Shown here piece after piece: positions 38,156-48,367 of a stretch of DNA of 64,000 nucleotides (the stretch's first letter is position 1; each line of letters opens with the position of its first letter). The translations under genes were made by a program, and so were the position numbers. This DNA comes from an uncultured bacterium. Its GTDB lineage: Bacteria; Abyssobacteria; SURF-5. The stretch is from NCBI GenBank assembly GCA_964607485.1, contig CAZSKP010000010.1, forward strand, positions 67,451 through 131,450, read 5' to 3'. The notes below the pieces were generated by a model. The model saw nothing but the letters and a program-made list of their open reading frames with translations. It ran no database searches and was not told the DNA's origin.

Positions 38156-39301
38156 TCAAAGACCGAGGCCGTCGCCGCTCATGAGCCGGCCGGCGAATTT
38201 CTGCTTGCGGCGATTCGCCACGTTGCGGCCTATGAGCGCAATCTTCATGTCCCGCAACGGTCTCTCCAGCCCGCTCCGGGCGAGGTCCTCTTCCGTAGTG
38301 AAAAGGTTCTTGAGCGTTTCGAGGGCCGAAGCGACGAGCGTTGGGAAATAGAGGTGGCACGCCGCAAACTCGGCCGTCGTTTCCCTTCCCGCGTCGCGAA
38401 GCCAGGCAATCTTGTATGCGATGGTCCGCGCGACCTCCGCAACGGAGGCGAGGTCGGACACGAGCAGAAGCTGCTCGTCGGAGGGGGACCGGCCTTTGAG
38501 GTGCTTCGCGGCAAGTTCGAGCTGCCACCCGAGAAAGCCGGCGAACGAGGCCATTCCCAGCGAATCCTCCGTCTCCCTCACGCCGCGCACCATCCTGTCA
38601 AACGCGACGTTTTTCTCCCCGAGAAGATTCTCCTCGGGCACACGGCAGTCTTCGAAAGCGAGCTCCGAGTGAGGCGATGAACGACAGAAATCGAGCTGCA
38701 TTATCTCGCCTACCGAAAATCCCGGCGTTCCCTTCTCCACGAGGAACGCGCTGATTCCATTCCTGTCACCCAACCGTTCGGTGACCGCGAACACGATGAC
38801 GACATCGGCGACGGGCCCGTCGGTTATGTACATCTTTCGCCCGTTTATGACATAGGACGAGCCGTCGCGGGCTGCGGTGGTCTGGAGGTAGCGGGGATGC
38901 GCCCCGCTCTCGCGCTCGGAGACGGCGAAGGCGGCGATTTTATCTCCGCTGAGTATTGCGGGCAGGTATTTCTTCTTCTGTTCCTCGTTCGCGTGCGGCA
39001 GCAATTGAAATCGGCAGAGCAACGTCGTCACCGTCAGCGACACGCACAGCCCCATGTCGTGGCCGTATTTCGCGAAATTGTAGAACGCCGCGGCTGTCGC
39101 GAGAAAGTCGGCTCCGCCGCCGCCGTGTTCGGGAGGCATCGGGAGCCCCAGCAGCCCGACTTCGCCCATGCGCTTCCAGATGTGGCGGGGAAACTCGCGG
39201 TTTGCGTCACGTTCGTCTGCGCCGGGAGCGACCTCGTTTCGCGCAAACTCGGCCACCTCCGTCGCCGTCTGCATGTGACGCGCACTCAGATCGAAGTCCA
39301 T
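38156..39301 (-). CDS. Acyl-CoA dehydrogenase family protein with a degenerate C-terminus
   Basis: MDFDL, PPEHGG, VSERESG and NGRKMYIT are present. R-x-x-FG, GG-x-G and EGT are missing. Start set at 39301. Confidence 0.8.
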   Translation of the reverse strand: MDFDLSARHMQTATEVAEFARNEVAPGADERDANREFPRHIWKRMGEVGLLGLPMPPEHGGGGADFLATAAAFYNFAKYGHDMGLCVSLTVTTLLCRFQLLPHANEEQKKKYLPAILSGDKIAAFAVSERESGAHPRYLQTTAARDGSSYVINGRKMYITDGPVADVVIVFAVTERLGDRNGISAFLVEKGTPGFSVGEIMQLDFCRSSPHSELAFEDCRVPEENLLGEKNVAFDRMVRGVRETEDSLGMASFAGFLGWQLELAAKHLKGRSPSDEQLLLVSDLASVAEVARTIAYKIAWLRDAGRETTAEFAACHLYFPTLVASALETLKNLFTTEEDLARSGLERPLRDMKIALIGRNVANRRKQKFAGRLMSGDGLGL

Positions 39302-39303
39302 GA

Positions 39304-40467
39304 TCAACCATCGCTCCTTATGCCGAGCGCATAGGCCGCCTGCAGTATTGTGTGTATCTGAGTGGTTCCTTCCACGATCTGCAACCCCTTGGCCTCGCGA
39401 AAGTATCGTTCCACATGGTACTCCGATGTGAATCCGTATGCGCCGTGAATCTGCACGGCGTCGGTGGCGGCCTTCATCGCAAGGTCGGTATTGAACAGCT
39501 TCGCCATCGACGAGTATTTGGTCGTGCGTTCGACGCCTTTGTCGCGCATGCGGGCGACCTGATACAGGAGAAGCCTTCCGACCTCGACGCCGACCGACAT
39601 CTCCGCTATCATCTTCTGGATGAGCTGATAAGATGCGATGGGTTGGCCGAACACGGTGCGCTCTTTGGCATAGTTGAGCGAGGCGTCGAGACACCCCTGC
39701 GCCAGGCCGAGCGCGCGCGCGGCGACGAAGATGCGTCCCATGTCCAGACACGACATGACGATCTTAAACCCTCTCATCTCCTCGCCGACGAGGTTCTCGC
39801 GGGGGACGCGGCAGTCTTCGAATATCAGCTCGCCGAGGTTCAGCGGCTGCCATGCGAGCTTGCCCTCGATGGAGCGGCTGGAGAAGCCCGGCATCCCGCG
39901 CTCGACTATGAATGCCGTTATTCCTTTGTGTCTCAGGTTCTTGTCCATCGTGGCGAACACAATCGCCCAGTCGCACACGTCGGCATTGGTGATGAACATC
40001 TTGCTGCCGTTCAGGATGTACTCATCCCCCCTGCGGACCGCGGTGGTCTGAATGTTCGCCACGTCCGTGCCGGTGTTCGGCTCCGTGATGCCGGCGGCCC
40101 CGAGCGTTTCGCCTCTGGCCATCGTGGCCAGGTATTTCTGCTTTTGCTCTTCCGTGCCGAATTTCAGGATTCCCTGTCCCACGAGCGAGGACGGTCCGCC
40201 GACAACGATCGCGAGCGACGAGCACACGCGCGAGATTTCCTCTATAGCGATCACCCAGCTCACATGGTCGATCCCGGCTCCTCCGTACTCTGGCGGGATC
40301 ACTCCTCCGATGAGTTCCATCTCCTTCATCTTCGAGATTATCTCCAGGGGGAGACGTCCCTCTCGGTTGTAGTCGAGAACGCGCGGCGCGATTTCCTTCT
40401 GCGCGAATTTTCTGACCATCTCCCTCGTCTGCAGTTGCTCTTCTGTCAAGTCGAAGTCAAGGTTCAT
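39304..40467 (-). CDS. Acyl-CoA dehydrogenase
   Basis: TEPNTGTD, NGSKMFITN, R-x-x-FGQPI, QIHGAYG and ERYFRE...IVEGT (catalytic Glu). Confidence 0.93.
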   Translation of the reverse strand: MNLDFDLTEEQLQTREMVRKFAQKEIAPRVLDYNREGRLPLEIISKMKEMELIGGVIPPEYGGAGIDHVSWVIAIEEISRVCSSLAIVVGGPSSLVGQGILKFGTEEQKQKYLATMARGETLGAAGITEPNTGTDVANIQTTAVRRGDEYILNGSKMFITNADVCDWAIVFATMDKNLRHKGITAFIVERGMPGFSSRSIEGKLAWQPLNLGELIFEDCRVPRENLVGEEMRGFKIVMSCLDMGRIFVAARALGLAQGCLDASLNYAKERTVFGQPIASYQLIQKMIAEMSVGVEVGRLLLYQVARMRDKGVERTTKYSSMAKLFNTDLAMKAATDAVQIHGAYGFTSEYHVERYFREAKGLQIVEGTTQIHTILQAAYALGIRSDG

Positions 40468-40582
40468 CTTCCTGTTCCCCTCTTTCTATGAAAACCACCC
40501 GTGAAGGCCGCCTTTCTTTCTACCACATGCGTTGGCCGGAATCAACAGTAATGACCCAGTTGGGGTGAAACCGCGAAAGGCG

Positions 40583-42271
40583 TCATTCGAACGTGAACTC
40601 TGTCCACTCGCTCCAGCAGCGGGGTTGCGTGTCGGGCGAGACGCGGAATCGCCACGGGTTCCTCACGACCAGCGGGTTCCAAATCTCGCGTGAGTACGGC
40701 CCGAAGCTGCGCTGGTTGCCAATGGTCAGGAACGACCCGGTGAGGCGGTGGATTCCCGTTCCGATATCGTACTCGACAACGTATGTCGAGGCGGGGCTTC
40801 CGGTCCATGAGGCGCGCACCGTTCCGCCTCTTTCGGTGAAACGCAGGACAGCGCCATCGTAAGGAAAGATGACCTGTGGGCATTCCCCCTGGCCGCCCGC
40901 CGATGCGACCGAAGTTGCTCCGGCTTCGATCGCTTCGCTTCGTATGCTGTTCTCGCGCTCCCATTCCGCCAACAGAGTCTGAAGAAGCGACACCACCTGC
41001 GGATTCTCATCATATACATTCTGGAGTTCGTTCGGATCGAGCAGAAGGTCGAAAAGCTGGTACGTCTTTCCCTGCGGCCCATCGGTCTCGATGAGTTTCC
41101 ATGCGTCGGTGCGGACACACCTGAGGCGGGTCTTGGCCATTTCCTCCGTCGCCTGAAAGCCGCCATAAACGGTTTCGGCGAAGACCGGAACGCTCGATTC
41201 GTTCTGCTTTCTGACATCGAAGAACACGGGGGCCAGGCTTCGCCCCTGCACTCCCGGCGGGATTGGAATATTGACGATGTCGAGTATGGTGGGCATGATG
41301 TCGATCTGTTGCACCTGCTCCCGGACCTCGACCCCGCCCGGAAGATAATCGGCCAAGCTCATGATCAACGGGATTCTGATAACCTCGTCATACATGGTGG
41401 CTGAGTGCATCGTCGAAGCGTGACCGACGAATCCGTGGTCGAAAAGCTCCTCGCCGTGGTCGGCCGTTATGACGATCAAGGTCTTCTTCAGCAGGTCGTA
41501 CTTCTGGAGCCTCGCGTACAGGCGCCCGACAAACTTATCCAGGTCCCTTACCTCGCCATCGTACAGCTCGTCGACAATCGGCATGTCGGATTGCTCAAAT
41601 TTGACGGTTCCGACGGGCACGACCGCCGACTCCGAAAGCACCGCCTCTATGCCCGGCGAAAGGCGGCCTTCTTCGGCCAGCTTCGCGGGAGATACCTTGC
41701 TGGAGCCTTCCTGCGGCTTGTAGGGAAGATGGACGTTTCTGTAATGATACCAGGCGAAGAACTTGGTGTCGTGGTTTTCATCCAGCCAGCGAAACAGCTC
41801 TTCGTCGTCTTCCTCGGAGAAGTATTTCTCCTCGACGGGGCCGACGCGTATGCCGGAAAATTCGGGAAGCGTGAGCATAAAACAGATGTTGGGCACTTCG
41901 TATCCGGCATCACGGAAACAGTCGAAAATGGTCGTTATGTGCGGGTCGAGCATATCGCCGCGATGTTCCACCCGATGCAGTGGAGGCTGAAGAGAGGTGA
42001 GGACGGACATCAATCCGGGCATCGTCCAGACGCACTGGCTGTACGCGCGGCGGAACAACTGGCCCCTCTCGGCAATGGCGTCTATGTTCGGGCTGGTCGC
42101 CTTGTCGTATCCGTAACACCCGAGGTGGTCGGGTCTGAGAGAGTCGACCGTCAACAGGATGACGTTAATGTCGTCGGGCAGCCGCCTGCCGAGGGGGGGT
42201 GTGTTTATGAGGAGAAGCAGCGCAGCCACGATAATCATGGCCGATATCTTCATTCTATTTCGCCGGTTCAT
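40583..42271 (-). CDS. Sulfatase-like (alkaline phosphatase superfamily) secreted hydrolase/transferase
   Basis: Signal peptide, VDSLRPDHL, WTMPG, H-x-PY, YDGE, TADHGE and DIMPTI, plus an extra C-terminal beta-rich domain. Confidence 0.82.
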   Translation of the reverse strand: MNRRNRMKISAMIIVAALLLLINTPPLGRRLPDDINVILLTVDSLRPDHLGCYGYDKATSPNIDAIAERGQLFRRAYSQCVWTMPGLMSVLTSLQPPLHRVEHRGDMLDPHITTIFDCFRDAGYEVPNICFMLTLPEFSGIRVGPVEEKYFSEEDDEELFRWLDENHDTKFFAWYHYRNVHLPYKPQEGSSKVSPAKLAEEGRLSPGIEAVLSESAVVPVGTVKFEQSDMPIVDELYDGEVRDLDKFVGRLYARLQKYDLLKKTLIVITADHGEELFDHGFVGHASTMHSATMYDEVIRIPLIMSLADYLPGGVEVREQVQQIDIMPTILDIVNIPIPPGVQGRSLAPVFFDVRKQNESSVPVFAETVYGGFQATEEMAKTRLRCVRTDAWKLIETDGPQGKTYQLFDLLLDPNELQNVYDENPQVVSLLQTLLAEWERENSIRSEAIEAGATSVASAGGQGECPQVIFPYDGAVLRFTERGGTVRASWTGSPASTYVVEYDIGTGIHRLTGSFLTIGNQRSFGPYSREIWNPLVVRNPWRFRVSPDTQPRCWSEWTEFTFE

Positions 42272-42873
42272 GTTTCTCCTTCGCGCCGCGAATCGCCAAA
42301 TGAATTTGCTTTGAGAAGCACGCCGACTACCAGGAGGCCCAGCGCGGAGGCGGCAACGTTCGTCATAACGTCCCTCAGTTCGAACACACGGTTGGGCAGA
42401 AAGTACTGAATCACCTCGTCCATGAACCCGAATCCGGATGAGAGCAGGAAACCCAGCACGTACGCGCTCGCCTTGGAGAAATCAAACCGAAGTGCCCTGT
42501 AGAAAAGATAGGCGAGCAGTCCGTACTCCATCAGGTGAAGCCGCTCAGCCGGGAATCGGCATTGATATTTTAGCAGGTAAAAATAGACCGTCGCGAAGAG
42601 CGCAAGCAAAAGCAAGCTAAAGGCGCTGAATCTCTCTCGATGACGATTAATATAGATGGCGAACACGGCGGTTGTCAGCGTCAGGACCGCATAGCCTAAG
42701 GCGTCGAACGCCAGCCCCAGGGTCTTGGCCGCCGCCCGCCATAGGATCGGGGTGACCGGGAGCGAGACGAGGATGCAAATCATCATTGCTACTGCATAAG
42801 TCCATGCACGCTGCCTTCTCGATTCGACCGAGCCTTTCCCGGTTGCGTCAAATTCCCGTCCGCGAAGATTCAA
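42268..42873 (-). CDS. VanZ-like membrane protein
   Basis: ERLH-x-x-EYGLL and DE-x-IQ-x-FLP-x-R...D-x-x-x-N. Confidence 0.8.
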   Translation of the reverse strand: MNLRGREFDATGKGSVESRRQRAWTYAVAMMICILVSLPVTPILWRAAAKTLGLAFDALGYAVLTLTTAVFAIYINRHRERFSAFSLLLLALFATVYFYLLKYQCRFPAERLHLMEYGLLAYLFYRALRFDFSKASAYVLGFLLSSGFGFMDEVIQYFLPNRVFELRDVMTNVAASALGLLVVGVLLKANSFGDSRREGET

Positions 42874-45800
42874 AACTTCTCAATCTTTCTGACAATGGTT
42901 CTGCTGTATTGTCCCCTCTCCACACGAATGAAGAAGATGTTCGTCCCGCTTGACAGGGGCAGTTGAGCGGAGAACCTTCCCGCTGTGTCCACCCCCTGCT
43001 CGTGGCCGTTTATTTCAACCTTGCATCCCGGCTGTACCTGGCCATATAGTCGAACGTTCGCCGAATCAGTGTACTGTTTTTCCTCCGGCTCCGTCAACAC
43101 CAAAGCAACCGGCCTTTCAGCCAGGGCGACCGTTTCCTTCACGACCTCCTCGCGAACCCGTTCTATGCTTCCCGGCTCGCGGACGAAGTGGGGCAGGAGA
43201 AACAGGCCGTTCGCCGCATGCGCCCGGAGGGCCTCTTCCGAGAACAACCGCCGGCACATCTCACGCACCCTCACCGAGGCGACATCCCCGAGCCACTCGG
43301 CCCCGAGGTCTTTTTGGACAGCCTCGATGCTACGGCGCAGGAGCATGAGGCACTCCATATCTTCCAGACCCTCGCGAAGCAGCTCCAGTCTGATCGACGG
43401 CGAGGGCTGCGAATCGCCTGGATACACGAGCACACCCTCTCCGTTGCCGAAGTGCTTAACGAAAGCCTCGTCGAGGGGCTGGCTCCAATTGGCCGCTTCC
43501 CAGTGCAGAAAACCGTCTATGCCGTAGAACTGCTGGAGCCACGGAATTATCCGGAAAGCGGCGGGCGCATCCTCGATTTGCAGTGTCGGGAACGGCTTCA
43601 CTCCGCCCGCGGTGTACCACCACACCTCGTCGCCCGCTTCCAAACGCCGGCGCACGGCGTCGGCATACATCCGCCGATCGGTGAAACTGCGCGGAAGTCC
43701 TTCCGGAAGAAAACGCATATGGATACACCAGATGTCAACCGCCCCCAGAAGAGGTTTGTCGGGGAAGCAGGTGACCAAAAATTTCGGCGGAGCCGACATG
43801 GAATGAATCTTCTTGCCCGCGCTGATTATGGCGTCGTACTGGTGATAGGTGGGTTCATCGATGAAATAAGCGAACAGTTTGTCCAGCCACCCGCCCTCTT
43901 TGGCAAGAAGGACCGCACGCTCGAAACGGGGGTCGGCGGGGGCGAACGGAAGCCTGCACGCGGACACGCGCTCGTCCTTCACGTACGGCGCGACCTCCGG
44001 CGAGTTGGGCGGAACGGGGGGCTGATATGGCGATAGCCTGTGCTCGACCATGAACCAGAAGAACAAATCCTTCAGTTTCCGGGATGCCTCCGACCGCTTT
44101 TCCACGTCGTAGTGTTTGGCGATCAGGTCGTAGTTGAGTCCGATCACCGCGGGCTGCGAAGGCGCGGTCGGCAGCGTGAGTGGAAGCACGCGAAGTCGGA
44201 CCGGAATCCGTGCGACATCCGAGGGGTGTTGCCTTATGACGATCTGAGACGACAACGCTCCGGCGGGGACATCGGCCGGCACAAAGACATCGACCCAGAT
44301 CCGCGTGAGCTTGCCCGGCTCGATGTCGAACTTGCCCTGTCTCTTCAAAACGTTCGGATACGGGCCCGCCTTCTCCGCCACCAGCGGCACCGAAACGAGC
44401 GTATCCGTCTCGAGGTAGCTGACAGTCTTGAAATTATACGACGCGCCGTCTTCGGAGACGAAGGGCGCGATGTCAACGCTCAATCCCTCTATTCGACGCT
44501 CGGCGGAAATAGCAAGCTGGAACGTCTCGTGCTCGTTGCGCACGGCGACGAGCTCGACGGGCGGGGCGTGCGAATCGGGAACGTCGCTCGCAAAGAGCCT
44601 GCGGGTGCTCTCGGCCCACGTGACCTGAACGGGCGAATACGTGGGGAAGGACTGCTCGCACTCGCCGCTCTTCGACGCATGCAGGACTTCGTCCAACGCG
44701 CGCTCGGACGAAATCAGGCCGGCATCGAGCTTCTCAACGGCGCGGGCGATCTCCGAAAGCTTTGTGCCCGCACACTGGCTGAGCGGCAACGCTTCGGCGT
44801 TTTCCGCGGCCCGAACAAGCTGCGAGTAGATGGACCCGTTTGAAACCGCCTTCTCCACGCTCGGGAGAGCACTCTTGACGGGAGGGACAAACAGGAGCTT
44901 GTCCGCGAAAGCGGAGTAATGCTCGGGCGAATAGAAGATTTCGAGGAACTCCATCGCCGCGCTCGCATCGCCGCTCGACGAAGAAACGACAAACACCTGG
45001 CTGCCGGAAAGGCTGGTTCGGGACGGACCCGAGTCGGAAGGCATCGTGCCGACGGCAAGGGGAGCGGGTGCGCTCTTGAGCATATAGGCAAGCATCTCCG
45101 CATCGTCTATCTGGAAAAAAACTTTTCCTCCCGCGACGCCGATAAAGTTCGGGTCCCAGAATTTGTACTGGGGCGGGAGGAGCGAAGGCGTCTGTCTGAG
45201 CCCTCGAATGAATGTGAGCATTTCCAAAATAGCCGCGGAGTGTTCGGGGCTCGCGTCCGCATCGAGCGGGTTCACTCCTCTTTGAACGCAGAGGATGTTG
45301 AAGAGCGGGGCCATCGCGCGGACACTCAGCACCCACCGTCCCTTCGCGCTTATCGTCCGTGCGAGGCTGACGAACCCGTTCCAATCGCGGGGAGGCGTCG
45401 AAATTCCCGCTTCCGTGAGCAACTCAGGATTGTAGATGAGCACCAGGGGATTGAGTCGCGCGGGGAGACCGTAAAGCTTGCCGTCGTATGTGCCATACGA
45501 CCGGGCGGAATCAAGCAGGTTTTCTCTCCGCAGCGTGGGAGAGCGCTCGATGAGTTTGTCCAGCGGGCGAATCGCGCCTGCGTCGGCGAGGAGGGGGATC
45601 GCCTCGCGCTCGACCAATGCGAGGTCGGGCAACTTGACGGCAGTCGAGCCCAACAGCATCCGCTCGGCAACGGTTCCGCTCATGGGGCCGAGCGGCTCAG
45701 CGAGAACTCGTATGCCTTCATGCCCGCAATTGAAGTCTTCGACAACGGATTCCAGCGGCTCGAGCTTTTCCGCCCGCCACTGGTGCCACAGGCGCACCTC

Positions 45801-45896
45801 CGTTTTCAAGGCGGGTACCGCTTCGGCAAGGACACAATCGGAAAGGCACAAGAAGACTGCAACGGGCAAGACTATTCTGAGGGCTGTCAGCTTCAC
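42870..45896 (-). CDS. Fusion of an extracellular solute-binding protein with a GH123-like/DUF4091 glycoside hydrolase and an Ig-like domain
   Basis: Signal peptide and an SBP_bac_1-like first ~410 aa ([16 protein letters not shown]). Then RNE-x-E-x-FQ, DEP, WWY, GFLHW, NGEG-x-L-x-YPG and PSIRLE-x-x-REG-x-ED. The C-terminus has VEING...L-x-x-G-x-N. Confidence 0.72.
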   Translation of the reverse strand: MKLTALRIVLPVAVFLCLSDCVLAEAVPALKTEVRLWHQWRAEKLEPLESVVEDFNCGHEGIRVLAEPLGPMSGTVAERMLLGSTAVKLPDLALVEREAIPLLADAGAIRPLDKLIERSPTLRRENLLDSARSYGTYDGKLYGLPARLNPLVLIYNPELLTEAGISTPPRDWNGFVSLARTISAKGRWVLSVRAMAPLFNILCVQRGVNPLDADASPEHSAAILEMLTFIRGLRQTPSLLPPQYKFWDPNFIGVAGGKVFFQIDDAEMLAYMLKSAPAPLAVGTMPSDSGPSRTSLSGSQVFVVSSSSGDASAAMEFLEIFYSPEHYSAFADKLLFVPPVKSALPSVEKAVSNGSIYSQLVRAAENAEALPLSQCAGTKLSEIARAVEKLDAGLISSERALDEVLHASKSGECEQSFPTYSPVQVTWAESTRRLFASDVPDSHAPPVELVAVRNEHETFQLAISAERRIEGLSVDIAPFVSEDGASYNFKTVSYLETDTLVSVPLVAEKAGPYPNVLKRQGKFDIEPGKLTRIWVDVFVPADVPAGALSSQIVIRQHPSDVARIPVRLRVLPLTLPTAPSQPAVIGLNYDLIAKHYDVEKRSEASRKLKDLFFWFMVEHRLSPYQPPVPPNSPEVAPYVKDERVSACRLPFAPADPRFERAVLLAKEGGWLDKLFAYFIDEPTYHQYDAIISAGKKIHSMSAPPKFLVTCFPDKPLLGAVDIWCIHMRFLPEGLPRSFTDRRMYADAVRRRLEAGDEVWWYTAGGVKPFPTLQIEDAPAAFRIIPWLQQFYGIDGFLHWEAANWSQPLDEAFVKHFGNGEGVLVYPGDSQPSPSIRLELLREGLEDMECLMLLRRSIEAVQKDLGAEWLGDVASVRVREMCRRLFSEEALRAHAANGLFLLPHFVREPGSIERVREEVVKETVALAERPVALVLTEPEEKQYTDSANVRLYGQVQPGCKVEINGHEQGVDTAGRFSAQLPLSSGTNIFFIRVERGQYSRTIVRKIEKF

Positions 45897-46420
45897 TTTA
45901 TTCTTGCGGACAACGTTTTTTCGAAAACCTTCTTATCGGATTCTCCGAAGAGGGCGAAGACGATGCGGTTGACGCTTCGGCCTTTTCCCTCCAGATGCTG
46001 CTCGGCGAGTCCGATCATTATCTCGGCGCATCGTTCGACCGGAAAGCCGCCCACGCCCGTGCCTATGGCCGGGAAGGCGATTGAGGCGAGCTTCGCTTCC
46101 TCGGCTCTGAGGAGGCTGTTGCGGACCGAGTCGCGCAGCGACCTTTCCGAGACAGGCTCGTCCCCCATGCTGGCCGCATGGATGACGTGCTTCGCGGGGA
46201 GCTTGCCCGCGCCCGTTATCGCGGCCTCGCCGACCTTGATGGGGCCTATGCGGTTGCATTCCTCCTGAATTGTCGGCCCGCCCTTGGTTCTTATGGCGCC
46301 GGCGACGCCCGAGCCGAGAATGAGATGATTGTTGGCCGCATTGACGATGGCGTCGAGCGCAAGCGACGTGATGTCGGCCTGCATGACCTCGATGGTTCCG
46401 TTTCCGACCTTTGCTTCCAT
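45893..46420 (-). CDS. Macrodomain protein (ADP-ribose / O-acetyl-ADP-ribose hydrolase, MacroD-like)
   Basis: DIT, AIVNAAN, G-x-GVAGAI, VIHA and AFPAIGTG motifs. Confidence 0.93.
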   Translation of the reverse strand: MEAKVGNGTIEVMQADITSLALDAIVNAANNHLILGSGVAGAIRTKGGPTIQEECNRIGPIKVGEAAITGAGKLPAKHVIHAASMGDEPVSERSLRDSVRNSLLRAEEAKLASIAFPAIGTGVGGFPVERCAEIMIGLAEQHLEGKGRSVNRIVFALFGESDKKVFEKTLSARIK

Positions 46421-46510
46421 GGCGACCCCTTCCCTTCTCTTAAGCGAATCGGACGTTGGAGAGAAGCAAGAACCGAGAACAAGACAGACATCCGCCCGTC
46501 TTTTCCCGGG

Positions 46511-46858
46511 TCAACATGTCAGGTGAAGGGCGGCGACGACGCGCGCGCCCTGCTTCGAGAACTCGTTGAATCTGTTGCATGCCGTCTTCGTGGGTGCTGC
46601 GACGAGTTGCACGTTGAGCCGGTCGAGCGCTTCGGCCACGCGCGGGTCCACCTGCATCTTTCCGGGGTCTCCCTGTCCGACGACGAGGATCTCGGGCGGC
46701 TCGGCGAGCACGTCGGGAATGTCTTCGGGTTGGAGTCTGTGCCCTTCCTTGCGCCACCAGTCCGATTGGACCCTGTCGGGATAGATAATGACGTCCTGCC
46801 GATACTTGTGGCCGTCAACGTCGATCGAGCCGAAGGAATATCGTTCTATTGTGCTCAT
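46511..46858 (-). CDS. Mth938-like (DUF498/AAMDC) domain protein
   Basis: IE-x-YSFG-x-I-x-VDG, WWR-x-x-GH, VVG-x-G, T-x-x-AC-x-x-FN and a terminal HLTC. Start at MSTIERY. Confidence 0.9.
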   Translation of the reverse strand: MSTIERYSFGSIDVDGHKYRQDVIIYPDRVQSDWWRKEGHRLQPEDIPDVLAEPPEILVVGQGDPGKMQVDPRVAEALDRLNVQLVAAPTKTACNRFNEFSKQGARVVAALHLTC

Positions 46859-46899
46859 TCCCGTCGTCCTCCGCGTCTGTGTCGTAGTCGCTACTCGTC

Positions 46900-48348
46900 C
46901 TATCCCTTGATGACCCCCATCGGTTTCAACCGTGCCACGCGAAGGCTGATGCCGGCCTCGTGCATCACGTTGACCACGTTGTTGACATCCTTGTATGCCT
47001 CCGGCATCTCCTCGGCCAGCGTCGCCCTGCCGTGGGCCATGACGATGATGTTCTTGTCCTCGAGCTCTCTCTTGATGGAGCGGCCCTTGCCGGCCTTGAT
47101 CGCTTTCGAGCGGCTGAGCACCCTCCCGGCCCCGTGGCACGTGGAGCCGAACGTCTGCTCCATCGCGGTCTGGGTGCCCACGCACAGGTACGATTCGCGG
47201 CCCATGTCGCCGGGGATGAGGACCGGCTGTCCGACGTGTCGATACTCGGCCGGTATCTCGGGATGCCTGGGCGGAAACGCCCTCGTGGCGCCCTTTCGGT
47301 GCACCCACAGCATGAGCTGCTTGCCGTTGACGGAATGCTCCTCGTACTTGGCCATGTTGTGGCACACGTCGTACACCAGCCGCATGCCCAGGTCGCGGGG
47401 ACTCAGCCCGAGCGCCTTCTCGAAGGCCGCACGGGTCAGGTGCATGATTACCTGCCTGTTTGCCCACGCATAATTCGCCGCCGCCGCCATGGCTGCGACG
47501 TAACTGCGACCCTCGTCGGATTCGGCGGGGGCGCATGCAAGTTGTCTGTCGGGCAGGTCTATCTTGTATTTCTCGACCGCGCGGTTCATCACCTTCAGGT
47601 AGTCGTCGCAGATCTGATAGCCGAACCCGCGCGAGCCACAGTGTATGAGCACGGTCACGGCTCCCTCCTCGATGCCAAAGGCGCGCGCGGCCTCGGGATG
47701 AAACACTTTCTCGACCGTTCCGACTTCGAGGAAATGGTTGCCCGAGCCGAGCGTTCCGACCTGGGAGAGCCCGCGCTCCATCGCGCGGTCGCTCACCGTG
47801 TCGGGGTCGGCGCCTGCGACGCAGCCGTTCTGCTCCGTGCGCTCAACGTCGCCCTCCTCGCCGAACCCTCTCTCGACGGCCCATCGCGACCCTTTCACGA
47901 GCAGCTTGCGCTGTTCGGACGCTTTTATCTTTTCAATGGCGCCCTTCGCGCCGACGCCGGTCGGAATCGTCTGGAAGAGAACCGTCACGAGCTCGCGGAG
48001 CTTCGGGCGCACGTCCTGAGCCGAGAGATTTGTCCGCACCAGGCGCACGCCGCAGTTGATGTCGTAGCCGACGCCGCCCGGCGATATGACGCCGCCCTGT
48101 TCGGGGTTGGTCGCGGCGACCCCGCCGATGGGGAATCCGTAGCCCCAGTGAATATCGGGCATGGCCAGCGAGTACTTGACGATTCCCGGCAGAGTCGCCA
48201 CGTTCGCCGCCTGCTCGGGGCTCTTGTCCTTCAGGATGTCCCTCATCAATTCTTCGTCGGAATAGATTCTGGCGGGTACGCGCATCGAGCCGGTCTTCTC
48301 GATCTCGTATAGACAATCGTTGACCTTTCGTATCGCGACATCGCTCAT
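46900..48348 (-). CDS. rtcB: RtcB RNA-splicing/repair ligase (archaeal/eukaryote-like clade)
   Basis: MPDIHWGYGFPIGG, GYDINCG, GSGNHF, HCGSRG, HN, HRKGAT, PGDMG and CHGAGR (guanylylated His). Confidence 0.96.
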   Translation of the reverse strand: MSDVAIRKVNDCLYEIEKTGSMRVPARIYSDEELMRDILKDKSPEQAANVATLPGIVKYSLAMPDIHWGYGFPIGGVAATNPEQGGVISPGGVGYDINCGVRLVRTNLSAQDVRPKLRELVTVLFQTIPTGVGAKGAIEKIKASEQRKLLVKGSRWAVERGFGEEGDVERTEQNGCVAGADPDTVSDRAMERGLSQVGTLGSGNHFLEVGTVEKVFHPEAARAFGIEEGAVTVLIHCGSRGFGYQICDDYLKVMNRAVEKYKIDLPDRQLACAPAESDEGRSYVAAMAAAANYAWANRQVIMHLTRAAFEKALGLSPRDLGMRLVYDVCHNMAKYEEHSVNGKQLMLWVHRKGATRAFPPRHPEIPAEYRHVGQPVLIPGDMGRESYLCVGTQTAMEQTFGSTCHGAGRVLSRSKAIKAGKGRSIKRELEDKNIIVMAHGRATLAEEMPEAYKDVNNVVNVMHEAGISLRVARLKPMGVIKG

Positions 48349-48367
48349 CCCGTTTCACCCACAGTCC

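Noticed and set aside
46511-47536. Apparent long N-terminal extensions in the ORF track (also 18249-19622 and 38156-39751), suggesting frameshift fusions with the upstream gene
   Set aside because: The extensions are off-frame overlaps with Arg/Gly-rich junk translation. Each downstream domain has its own start, and no slippery site was identified.
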